Shown: positions 52,901-64,000 of the stretch, one piece after another | Layout: each line of letters begins with the position of its first letter | How positions within the stretch are numbered: the stretch's first letter is position 1 | NCBI GenBank assembly: GCA_965287045.1 | Contig: OZ336874.1 | Span: 62,992,001-63,056,000, forward strand | Reading direction: 5' to 3' | Length of the DNA stretch: 64,000 nucleotides | Origin: Carcharhinus amblyrhynchos | Taxonomy: Eukaryota | Made by a program: the position numbers and the translations under genes | The notes under the pieces: generated by a model | The model's input: only the letters and a program-made list of their open reading frames with translations | What the model was told of the DNA's origin: nothing | Database searches by the model: none

Positions 52901-53790
52901 GCCAAGAGCATACGGGAAAAAATCCACAGTAAATAAATAACATTGAATATCAAAGACCCTTCACTTGTTAACAGAATTATTTTCATCAAGGTAGCCCTAC
53001 AGTCTCAAAAGCCATAACAATTTAGCAGATTATTCCGTCATGCCAACACTTAAACAGTTTATTACAACTATTATTTATTTTGAACATATTTTCAATGTGT
53101 TCTGTTTCTAACTAATAATATAAACACCGTTTCGTCCTTTCACTAGTTGTGTAATATAAAGGGCCAAGAATCTCCAAACCATCTTTAAGTGTCCAAGAAA
53201 GGGTGTTATCTTTTCAAACTATTAGTTTTTGCAAAACTGTAAAATCATTTCATGGGTTTTGTAGATGTTAGCGTTTGGCTTTCAACTGCCTTGGCACTTG
53301 GTTGAAATAGTTGGAATGGCAGGTGTTTTAGTGCACCTGTGTCCTCACAACATGACAAAATATGAAATGCACTAAGTAGGAACTAAACTTAATTCTTCAT
53401 ATCGGGTGGTTAAGCCAGAGACAACTATAAACAACTAACAGGTTACGAAATGAAAAGGTCGGCATTAAATTATATTTAAGTAGTGAAACTTTGAAAGCGG
53501 GCACGTTTGCAACCACATTTGCAACTTACCAGCTGAGGCAATACAATTACATTCGGTGAAACTGCAACTGTGGAAAGGAAAATATTATAAAAACTATGAC
53601 TGTTAAAATGGTTCATCGAGAGTAATTATGATTCTTTATCATAACGTGGTTATATTTAAAACGTACATTGGGAATACTGCATTTTAATACATTATAGATG
53701 AGACTGTATTCCCAATCTTAATGTTTACCATTCGTTGAAAACATCCAACTTGCACATACAAATAAGTCTTCTTCACTGATTGTATAATAA

Positions 53791-54091
53791 ATAACTTGCA
53801 TTTAAACAGTGTCTTTCACAGTCTCCGGATGTTCCAAAATGCTTTGTAGCAATTTAACCATTTTTGCAGTGTAGGCAACTGATGTAGTGTAGGAAATATG
53901 GCACTGATTTTCTATGTCCTACTAACTGTGATGTGAGTGTGACCAGACAATCTGCATCACTGGTATTAGGTAAGAGATAAATCTTGGCCAAGGCACAGGA
54001 GACAACACACAAGGCTGTTCCCCAAAACAAAGCCATGGCATCTTTTACATCCATCTGAGAGGGCATGGGGCCTTGATTGAACATCTCATCC
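53791..54091 (-). mobile_element. Deu-domain SINE (SacSINE1/AmnSINE1-like)
   Basis: Minus strand GGATGAGATGTTCAATCAAGGCCCC...CTCTCAGATGGATGTAAAAGATGCCATGGC...TAAATGCAAGTT; smaller remnants near 17715, 37370 and 48215. Confidence 0.8.
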
Positions 54092-55440
54092 AATTAACTA
54101 GCAATAGTCAAGCTTCTTCATGCATGCTGGCTGTATAAAGACTTACAACAAAGTCCAGTAGTGTTGCATTGAAATGCATCCTCATAGAACTATAATAAGT
54201 GATGCACATTTTAATTTGCAAAGATAGAATGGAATTAAACTTGAGACTGCGCTTGAATTGTTCAAGGTATCTTAAAGTATCACAAACTCTGTTTCCCTCT
54301 CCACAGATGCTGCCAGACCTGCAGAGTTTCTTTTTTCATTCCACATTTTCGCTATCTGCAGTATTTTGCTTTTTTTAAATGCTCTTTTTTTCTGTTTTGT
54401 TTCAGAATATATCATAGAGAAGTAAAATGTTTAAGCATTGTACTTTTATTATGGTTTAAGGTACTGCTTAAAAACAAGATTCATTAAGGGACAGTTTGCT
54501 TATTCTTCCTATCTGACTAATGGGCATCAATCATTAATGCTGTGTGGAAGCTGCACTTGTAACATTCAGAATTTCTAATCAACTGTCACAATTCTTCAAT
54601 GGTGATGTAACCACCACCACAAGTACAGAAAATTCTGTTTTTTAAATTTAATTGTTTACAAAACATGATTTGAATTTGCGGAGCCTAGAAAAAGTGAATG
54701 AACATTCAGGCAGGAATTTAAAGGCTGGGCAGGAGTTTCCTCCATGTTATGCCATTTGTTTCCAGTGCACTTCACCCAACGTCAGCCAAAGTGCAAATGG
54801 CTGCAGAATTTTAAGCACAAATTGCTTTCAGTGCAAACTGAGTTTTTTTGATCTTTTATCTTAGTTCAAAACAAGTTAAGCTAGGAGTTGTAACTGCCCA
54901 CAAACTGGCCACACTGCTGTATCAAATGAATTATCTATTTGAGTTTCTGTTAATTGTGCCTCTTTGTGGGCCTTCAAGAAGGTTCTTAAAATTAAGCTTT
55001 TGGGGGCATTAATAGACTCCTTTACAGCGTTGAAATATTAAACCTTTTAAAAATTACTACAGAACTGGTTACGATATACAATGTAAAAAGTAAATGGCAC
55101 TGTGTAGTTTTTAAAGTAATTCTTAGCTATTGAAAATTGAGTCACTTCCCAACAGTTAAAAGCACTTATTTTTGTGACAGACCCATTTTCAGCTGGAGTA
55201 ATAAAATTGTGTAATGATAACGTGCTTAAATACCTCAAGGAATATTGCTTAATGTAAATACAAATAAAACATTTAGGCCTAAAATGCTGATCAAACTACA
55301 CTGGTTCATGACAGAATTCCCATTTGGCGATATACAAATGAGTTTGAGTGGAAAGTTGAAAAGAAAACTTCTGAAAAATAGCACAATTTTGAGCCCGACT
55401 TGCACTTGGATCACCAGTTGTGCTAAAACATAAACTTTTC

Positions 55441-56439
55441 GGGGCTATCTTACCAAAACAATTCTAAGCGCCAAACGAACATGAAAATGAGAGATATTCA
55501 TGCCATTTTTTGGGCAACTTAAAAATTGTATCTTAACTGACTCTGTCAAAAAAGTGAACCCAAACCAGATTCTCACCAGCAGGGGAGAATGGGTGGGTCT
55601 TAGCTCACCTAACAGCCGGCTGATAGTTGCAGAAGGTGCCTGCTGCTACTGTGCAGATCTTTATGCTCTGTGAGCACAGGGATCTGTCACTGACTCCCCC
55701 AGCTAAAGCTGGCCTTCGCAGCTGATCACATCCTTCCACCCCACCACAGACTCCACAGCCAATCACCCATCCCGCCTGGCCCAATTACGATTGAAACTCC
55801 CCTCCCACATGCGCTGATCAGTTGATTGCTGTTTGCAGAGTGCGCAGCGTTGCCCCCCCACTCCCAGATCACTGTTGCAGAGATGCAGCAGTTCCCCCCT
55901 CCCACTGATTGCTGTTACAGAGTGGCAGTGGTTCCCCCTGAATGGCCCACCTCCTCAGGCCTATCTCATCAGGCCCTGATCCCTTAATACTGCCTAGTGC
56001 CCTGTGGGTAATGCCAGTGTGCCAGGCTGGCAGTGCCAGGGTGTCCAGTGGTCAGTGCCTGGCTAGCAGTACCCAAGGGGCACCTCCACTCTGCCCCCAA
56101 TATCCTAGGGGGTGCCTCAATGGCTTCCAGTTCAACCAATGAGGCCATCGTGACAGGGCCCCATTGATGGGGACCATACATGATCCTTGTTGAAGAGAAC
56201 CTTCACTCGCGAGTGACAAGTGAACCCGGATGAAAGTATCATGGGCTCGCTTGTAATGTTTAAATGCTATTTAAGATATGAGTTAATTTTTACTCATTTA
56301 ACTGAGCTCGCTAGATATCCGGGTCTGGTTAGTTTGCGAGAGGCAAGAAGTCAGGCACAACCCAATTTCTTGGCTCTTTTGCAAACTCATCAGCTCGCCC
56401 CACCAGTTGGCCAGCAGGGTGAGAAAGACGGATTGCCCC
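55441..56439. mobile_element. GC-rich non-autonomous Harbinger-like element (about 1 kb)
   Basis: Ends GGGGCTATC / GATTGCCCC; interior resembles 16656-17490. Confidence 0.65.
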
Positions 56440-56494
56440 CAGTGTTTGATCTTTAACCTACCTCCATGCAAGTTCACAAGTCACTTCTCAATGC

Positions 56495-56643
56495 TTTTCC
56501 AGTTCATAGACAATGCAAAGATTTAAGTGGAGGAATTATGATATGAGCAGCAGCACAACATTTTTTTGGATGTCTTTTACCTTTCATTTAATGTCTAGAT
56601 GTTTTGTGCTTTTTTTTAGGTGAGACCTAGTTCCCTAACTCCC
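56495..56643 (+). repeat. direct duplication, copy 1
   Basis: Aligns with 57930-58076. Confidence 0.95.
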
Positions 56644-56743
56644 AGATTGTTTTCTTTGCCTAAGTATCTGGATAAAATCATAGTATACTCAGGAAATGAA
56701 CAGGGGCCCCTCCTCAAATTATTTCAGTTATTGCTTCCATCTG

Positions 56744-57040
56744 AGGTGGCATGGTGGTAAGCACTACTGCCTCACAGTGCCAGGAACCCGCGTTTGATTC
56801 CTGACTTAAATCACTGTCTGTGTGGAGTCTGCATGTTTCTCCACGTCTGTGTGGGTTTGCTCCAGGTGCTCTGATTGCCTCCCATAGATCGAAAGATGTG
56901 CTGGTTAGGTGCATTGACCATGCTAAATTCTCCCTCACTATACCCAAACAGGTGCCAGAGTGTGGCTAATAGGGGACTTTCACAGTAACTTCATTGCAGT
57001 GTTAATGTAAGCCTACTTGTGACAGTAACAAATAAACAAA
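56744..57040 (+). mobile_element. HE1-like SINE, alternative tail
   Basis: Full head, core and tail. Confidence 0.9.
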
Positions 57041-57580
57041 AAAAACGTTCATTTATGTACAAATTATCTTTGCCTTTACAGAACAGACTACAATAGATTT
57101 TGATTGCCAAAAACATTTGCAAAGCCGTAAATGATAATATGAAACAATAAAGAGATACGTGCTAAATACAGCTGGAGTATAAGATACATTTTAAGATAAC
57201 AGTTACCCTCATCCAGTTCCTCTTGTAATAAATAAAACAAAAAGGCTGGACTGAACGAGAATATAAATAATTTCCTTATACGGTAGTTTCTTTCTTATTC
57301 CCCATAGCCATACGTGCTAACTAGTTGCAAAATCTCTTTTCAAATGTTCTAGATGACTCAGAAGAGGCAGGTTGCAATATCTTTCAACATTGGCCAAGAT
57401 ATAATGAATTTAAATAATTGTTTAACATAAATAATCTTAAACAAATCATATATTGGCTAGAAATTGTTTTTTACTTATCTTCAGGAGTAGAAAGTTGGTG
57501 CGGTCCCATCATTCATCAGAAGGCCAAGCTTGAGGCCCACCTGAATCTGGGCCCCAGGCCTCACCTTCATTATTGTGGTG

Positions 57581-57885
57581 AGGCGGCATGTTGGCACAGT
57601 GGTTAGCACTGCTGCTTCACAGCGGCAGGGACCCAGGTTCAATTCCTGGCTTGGATCATGGCCTGTGTGGAGTTTGCACATTCTCCCCGTGTCTCCGTGC
57701 ATCTCTTTCGGGTGCTCCAGGTTCCTCCCACAGTCTGAAAGACACGCTGGTTAGGTGCATTGGCCATGCTAAATTCTCCCTCAGTGTACCCGAACAGGTG
57801 GCATTGTGTGGCAACTAAGGGATTTTCAAAGTAACTTCATTGCAGTGTTAATGTAAGCTTACTTGTGATAATAATAAATAAACTT
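57581..57885 (+). mobile_element. HE1-like SINE, alternative tail
   Basis: Full head, core and tail. Confidence 0.9.
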
Positions 57886-57929
57886 TCAATTTTTAAACTG
57901 TGCATTTCTGTCATGTTGCCCAGAAGCAT

Positions 57930-58076
57930 TTTTCAAGTTCAAGACAATGCAAAGATTTAAGTGGAGAAATTATGAAGTGAGCAAAAGCCCAGCATTTTTT
58001 GGATGACTTTTACTTTTCATTTAATGTCTAGATGTTTTGTGCTTTTCTTTAGGTGAGACCTAGTTCCCTAACTCCC
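57930..58076 (+). repeat. direct duplication, copy 2
   Basis: Aligns with 56495-56643. Confidence 0.95.
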
Positions 58077-58109
58077 GAGGATTCCCTTATTTTAATTGCT
58101 ACACAACTG

Positions 58110-58318
58110 CACTGCTCATGTTTTGAGTTGCCAAGGTCCTAAATCAGGTATTCCCTCCCTGAACTTCTCAGACTTCCTACATCTGTACTTGAAATCTATC
58201 TCTTTGACTGAGCTTTTCATCATCGGCCCTGATATCTTCTTATGTGGTGCAGTGTTTAAAACTTTGATATTTGAAACACTTTTTGCCTACATTATAGGTG
58301 CTATATAAAGACAAGTTA
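58110..58318 (+). mobile_element. L2-like LINE 3' fragment
   Basis: ATTCCCTCCCTGAAC...CTATCTCTTTGACTGAGCTTTT...GGTGCTATATAAA; a similar piece lies at about 19050-19260. Confidence 0.55.
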
Positions 58319-58493
58319 TATGGGAATACTCTATTCCGTGCTAATCAATTCCTAAAAAGTGTCCTGTAAAAGACGTTACGCTCCATTGTAAAGGGCCTAA
58401 TAAGGGCCTAATGTCTATTTTATGTGGTTCCCACAGACGCCTGAATATTGCTGGATCCAGTATAAGGTTGAGTGCATTTCAGGTACTCTTTGC

Positions 58494-58692
58494 CACTTTC
58501 CTCAGCTTTGCCATTGCTCAGCCTGTATGCAGTCTTCTACATTCTGAGATGTTTCTGGGAAAGGTAGGGTAGAAGATGTTACTCATCTTGGGTCAAGGTT
58601 CCCATTTCCCATGTGCTTTTTGTGTTAGCTACTGGGCTTCCTCATGGTTTCTCTCCCTGATCTGCTTACTGGGCAGGCCTCAAGCCCTTCAC
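58494..58692 (-). repeat. inverted copy of the Gypsy leader/gag start
   Basis: Reverse complement of 60517-60706 with one ~11-bp indel. Confidence 0.9.
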
Positions 58693-58744
58693 CATAACAA
58701 TAATGCTTTTTTGCCTCCTTTCTGCACCTTTCTACAGCTATATT

Positions 58745-59628
58745 CCATACACATCTATGACTGTGTGGCCAAATTCCCTCCCAATTCGATTTTCAAGTTT
58801 GCTGACGACACCACCATAGTGGATCGGATCTCAAACAATGACAAGACAGAGTACAGGAATGAGGCAGAGAATCTGGTGAACTGGTGCAGCAACAATAATC
58901 TCTCCCTCAATGTCAGCAAAACAAAGGAGATTGTCATCGAGTTCAGGAAGCGGAAAGGAGAACATGTCTCTGTCTACATCAATGGGAATGAAGTAGAAAG
59001 GGTTGAGGGTTTCAAGTTTTTAGGTGTCCAGATCACCAACAACCTGTTCTGGTCCCCCCATGCTGACACTGTAGTTAAGAAAACCCACCAATGCCTCTAC
59101 TTTCTCAGAAGATGAAGGAAATTTGGCATGTCAGCTACGACTCTCATCAACTTTTACAGATGCATCATAGAACACATTGTTTCTGGTTGTATCACAGCTT
59201 GGTATGGCTCCTGCTTGGCCTAAGACTGCAAGAAACTGCAAAAGATTGTGAATGTAGCCCAATTCCTCACACAAACCAGCCTCCCATCCACTGACTCTTT
59301 GCTGCTTCAGCAAAGTAGCCAACATAATTAAGGACTCCACGCACTCCGGACAGTCTCGCTTCCACCTTCTTCCTTTGGGAAAAAGATACAAAGTGTGAGG
59401 TCACATACCAATCAACTCGAGAGCACTTCTTCCCTGCTGCTGTCAGACTTTTGAATGAACTTACCTTGCGTTAAGTTGATCTTTATCTGCACCCTAGCTA
59501 TGACTGTAACACTACATTCTGTGCTCTCTTGTTTCCTTCTCTATGAACAGTAAGTTTTGTCTGCATAGCACACAAGGAACAATACTTTTCACTGTAAATA
59601 CATGTGACAATAATAAATCAAATCAAAA
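58745..59628 (+). mobile_element. Rex1/Babar-type LINE, 5'-truncated
   Basis: DCVAKFPPNSIFKFADDTTIV...WCSNNNLSLNVSKTKEIVIEFRK...FKFLGVQIT...LYFLRR; tail CATGTGACAATAATAAATCAAATCAAA. Confidence 0.9.
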
Positions 59629-60119
59629 ATCAGAAAGCACTATGTTTTTTTTTACCTTCTTGCTTCATTCCCTTGGTTCTTCCATTGGCCACACACCAAC
59701 AACCCCAGCAAATCAACAACAAATTTATGGAAAATGAACTGGAATGTTCATCTATGAATAAAGATTATTTTAATAAAAGCAAAATACTGCAGATGTTAGA
59801 AATCTGAAATAAAAACAGAAAGTGCTGGATTTATTCAACGGGTTTAGTAGCAACTGTGAGGGAGAAAAATAGTGTTTCCAGCATTTTTTGTTTTTACTTA
59901 ATCAGATTTTAACCATGGTTTACCATGATGCATTAAAGACTTTATCAAACAAACAAAAACTTAGACAAAAATTCTTCATTTTTATCACAGCAACAGTTCA
60001 CTACTTGTTTATGTCTTACATCCTAACCAAAGCTCTATCCTTGGTGGTCAGAATAAATTTGTTAACATAAACAGTCACACTCAGTTCTGCAGCCTTACTT
60101 TTTCCATAAACCAGGGATA

Positions 60120-61148
60120 AATTGTGGGAAGATGTGCACGTAGCATGCAGAGATAAAGACTTGGGTGAAATGTTAAGTAAAGGGTTAACTCTAAGAATAC
60201 TCTAACAATAGTTAGCGAGTATGTGCGTAAGGAGCTATATAATAAAGATGTGACACAGGAGAGAATGAGGAGAATCTGAGAGATGAACAATGATTCTGTC
60301 TCAGTGTTTTGTAATCTTGTACATAGTTAAGTATGTAAATAAATGTTACTTTGCAAAAGGATCTTTGCCTCCAGCCAGATCTCTTGCTGAGTGTAAGACA
60401 CCCAATATCTTCCAAGATGAACAAATAAAAACAGATGGTGCCTGCAGTCATCAGGTCCCCAGAAACACACTGTAAAATGGCAGGAAACAGCCCAAGGGAA
60501 AACCCAGCTGCAGCAAGTGAAGGGCTTTGAGGCTTACCCAGCAAGCAGATCAGAGAAAGAAACCGTGGGGAAGCCCAGTAACTAACACAGAAAGCAGCAT
60601 GGACAATGAGAACCTCGACCCAGAGTGAGTAATATCTTCTACCCTACCTTTCCTAGAAACATCAAAGAATGTAGAAGGCTGAGCAATAGCAAAACTGGAG
60701 AAAATGTTTCGCTCATTATCAAAATCCTTTGGGCTTCGAGAGCAAGACTAACGAGGACCAGATCACTACCTTAGTATGTGCCACTGGTAACATTGTGGAC
60801 AATGTACTGGCCAGGCAGGAGATGAACAAGGAGACAGCTACTTTTGAGGATGTCTTTGAGCCTTTGACTCATATTCTAGTCTCTATCGAAAGATCATCAC
60901 AGAGTGGGCAAAATTCAACTGTTGAAATTAAAGACCAGGTGAAGGAATTGATTTATTTATAAATGATCTCTATTATTTGGCTGAAGATTATGAGTATGGA
61001 ATGTTAAAGTATAATTTAATAGGGGACTAGAATAGTTGTTAGTGTTTTAAAAGAAACTCTGTCAGACTTTTTATAATTTAGAGAAGATTTAACGCTGAGC
61101 ATCACAGTACAACTGGCTAGGCAGGCCGGAGTACAAAAACAAAACCTT
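60120..61148 (+). mobile_element. truncated Ty3/Gypsy LTR retrotransposon (LTR, PBS, decayed gag)
   Basis: AATAAA and ...AAACA end at 60433, PBS-like TGGTG at 60436, ATG at 60599; gag-like QITTLVCATG...AFDSY...EWAKFN**PGEGIDLFINDLYYLAEDYEYG...DLTL...QLARQA; LTR start uncertain. Confidence 0.75.
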
Positions 61149-64000
61149 GGCTGGGATTTTCTGCCTCTGTTCACAGTGGGCAAAAATCATTTTTACGTCA
61201 TTGCAAAATCAGTTTGCAATTGTCAGAACCACCCATCAATAGCAGGCAACGTTTCCCACCATGTCACGTCAGGAATGTGATTTTAATACATTTCCAACTC
61301 ATTTTACGGGCTGTTCACCATAATCAACCCCACACTGGATCATCAGATTACGTTGGCATGCAATTAGAATGATGTGTTTCACAGCAACACATAAGCAATG
61401 TGCAACTGGTAACCCTGTACTTTGCTTGTCATGTCAAGGTGAGTTCATTTGCCTTGCATCGCACAACACTCACATGAATCAATGCCAGGCTTCGCAGGCA
61501 GCACCACTTTGCTTTCAAGGGGTTATCACAAGCAAGCCTCTATCTACCAGACAAGAAGTAAGGCATAGATGGTTTTCAATGGGCTGCAGGATGAGGGCTG
61601 TACTGGGAAGAGGGGAGCTGGCCACAGGCAGGAGAAGAGGCTGCAGAACGAGGACTGCATTGGAGAAGTGGGGAACTGGCCCCAAGATGGAGAAGAGGCT
61701 GTAGAATGAGGATTGTACTGGGAGCGATGAGTGAGGAATGTTGCACTTAGACACACAGCTGGGGGCTGGGTGCTGAGGGATCAAATATGGGTATGTGTTG
61801 AACGATGTAAGTGGCCTTATGATGAAGCTGGGTGAGGTTCACATGGGCCACTTCAAAATGTTCAGCGGCTAACAATCTGACATTGCACTAGAAGAACAAC
61901 AGAATTGAGGAATAAAGGGAATAGATGGAGAGGTCTGTGAGGGAGTGAAACCTGAACAGTAACTTCTCAGTGATGACGGGAGAGGGTTCCATTCTCACAC
62001 AGGGAGGGTCCAAGCTGGTCTGGCTGTGAAAGTTTTGAACCATCATCACCCAAGCTGCCAGCAATGGAGCAGAACAAAATTAAAATAAGAAGCTCTGCTG
62101 GTGAGAGCTGTGTGGGTGGATTGGGCGACAATTTTATGAATGGGGGTGACGGAGGAGAACTAAAGGGGCATCCAACTGAACTGATCGTTCCAAAATGATG
62201 AGAGAGACACAGCTGAGACATGTTAAGAAATCTTCAATGACAATGCAGGGAGTCAGGAAAGTCAAGCAATGATATCTATTCATGCAAGGCTAATCCTGCA
62301 AAGTGGCACTAATTTATCTCCTTATTCACACCTTGTTCACAGTTTGGAAATTCCCCAGAGTCATAACAACTTCCAGAGCAAATGGGTGACTGCAGAGGCC
62401 TGTTAGAAAGTTGGCGTTAGATGATTCACTGAAGAAAGCCTCAGGCCCCCCTCAAATAATCTTATTTCCTGAATGAACATTTACTTTAATATTTGTTAAT
62501 AAGAGTGCGGTATCAGAGTGCAGTGAATAAGAATTGCAATGCCAGTGCTGAAAGCAGCATATCCAAGTACCTGGCCAAAGCAATGTCACAACAGTCATAT
62601 TGTTGGGGGGTGGTGTTGCGCCGGGAATTTGGGCATGGTGGACATTGATACAGACTCTGCACTGGCTATCAGCTCAAGGGTAAATACTCTCCAACACTGG
62701 AACAAAGCCTTGGAACACACATTTATTGACAAGTCAATGACTGAAAGTAGATCTTTGGAGACTAACATTGACACTTGTCTAATTCTCATTGATACTGCAG
62801 AGAGGAGGTCATCAGGAAGATTAATCCAGGATTTATTGCTGTCTGTATTATCGCTTACAGGCAGAAGAGAAGGAAAAGATTGTGACAGAGATGTCTGGAT
62901 TGCAGAAGCGAGGAGCAATATCCTCGACAATAGGAATTAGCAGAGCCTGCTCCTGATGCCAGGGATGAGGCTCTCTGAGACATCATGCACAGGCAGCTTG
63001 CAAGACACAGGGTCTACAGGACTTACATCACTTATCTGTAAATGAGTGGATTGCTCCAAATATCCAGGGATTTGGTACTCATATTTGCCATATCCTCCAG
63101 GAATTGATGTCATGCAGACTGGGAGGGTATCCACCGCCAATGGCTGTGAAAATAACGGCTGCTCTGAACTTCTGCGCCAGTGGCTTGTTCCAGGTTCCAC
63201 TTGGGAGCTCTGCAAGATCTCTCAAGTGTCCAAGCACAAATGCATCAATGAGGTTGCAGATGTTCTTTTTGTCAAGGTCCACAATTATGCCAACATCAAC
63301 AGAGGCCAAACAAGCCAGGCTGTCAGAGAACTGGGCTTTGTTGAGATTATCAGATTCCCATAGGTGCAGGGTATCACCTACTGCGCTCCCTGGCGATGAA
63401 AACTCCATGACAACAGTCAGTCACTACATCAATCCGAAAGGTTACCACTCACTCAGGTGGTCTGTGACCACAAGAAACTGATCACACTGGGTTTGCGTCT
63501 GATATCCAGGAAGTGCCCACATCCTGCATCTTGAATAGATCGTAGATCCCAGACTTTTTTGAGGCAACAACCAGGATCCAGAGCTGGCTTCTTGGTGACA
63601 AATTTCAAAGGACATGGCTGATGGTGTCCATGCAGAAGCTTCAGACTCCTGCAGAGAGATGGTACAACGAGGTTCATACTGCCAGTTGAGCATTGGCACA
63701 GAACATCATAAGGATCCTAATGATGCAATTCTGCCTAGACAGAGTTGGCAGAGTGATGCAGTACAGTCTCCAAGGGATCCCATGCGTCATCGTGGCTTGC
63801 TGCAGGCTGCACAACTTACAAAGTCGGGGACGACTTGCCAGATGCCGAGATGAAGGAATTTGCATGTCTCCTCTGATGAAGAAGACCTTGAAGGGGGTGA
63901 GGGTGATGAGTTTGAAGAAGCTGAAGCTGCATGGAAGAGGCTATAGAACAGGCTAGATGAGGCAGGTATGTGTGTGAGGCCCTCATTGTCACCAGATTGC
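61149..64000 (+). mobile_element. decayed Harbinger/PIF transposon, running off the window
   Basis: Begins with TIR-like GGCTGGGATTTT exactly where Gypsy gag stops; contains transposase relic 4. Confidence 0.7.
62990..63900 (+). pseudogene. Harbinger/PIF transposase relic 4
   Basis: HRVYRTY, AVKITAALNFCASGLF, ELCKISQVSKHKCINEVADVLF, FP*VQGI, YINPKGYHSL, CVIVACCRLHN; frameshifted. Confidence 0.9.

Noticed and set aside
57581-57655. tRNA gene
   Set aside because: A/B-box head continues into a SINE core and tail; the same applies to all such heads
62990-63900. Host HARBI1 gene
   Set aside because: Multiple stops and frameshifts, an upstream TIR-like end and four similar relics in one window indicate transposon fossils

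Overview
Vertebrate nuclear DNA, most likely from a shark or other cartilaginous fish (inferred from HE1/V-SINE-like and Deu-domain SINEs, CR1 and Rex1/Babar LINEs). It is not prokaryotic: I found no rRNA, functional tRNA, CRISPR array or operon, and no host protein-coding exon I can name. Nearly all ORFs in the track are spurious or are decayed transposon frames. Much of the window is layered mobile DNA: four decayed Harbinger/PIF transposase relics with matching MITEs and GC-rich non-autonomous derivatives, CR1, L2-like and Rex1 LINE pieces, about nine HE1-like SINEs with two tail types, DeuSINE remnants, probable solo LTRs, a truncated Gypsy (LTR-PBS-gag) and Penelope-like hairpin inserts, one with a degenerate hammerhead core. 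The block at about 46-53.7 kb is nearly TE-free. It becomes CpG-richer near 50-53 kb, where a CCAAT/GC/TATA-like promoter and a first exon lie on the minus strand, so most of 1-52 kb may be intron of an unidentified gene. I cannot support a new biological system. The best leads are structural: a 5'-inverted LINE inside an inverted duplication, SINE/LINE end sharing, the hammerhead hairpin, and the promoter and micro-exon candidates. All coordinates and alignments were read by eye and family names come from recalled consensus features.
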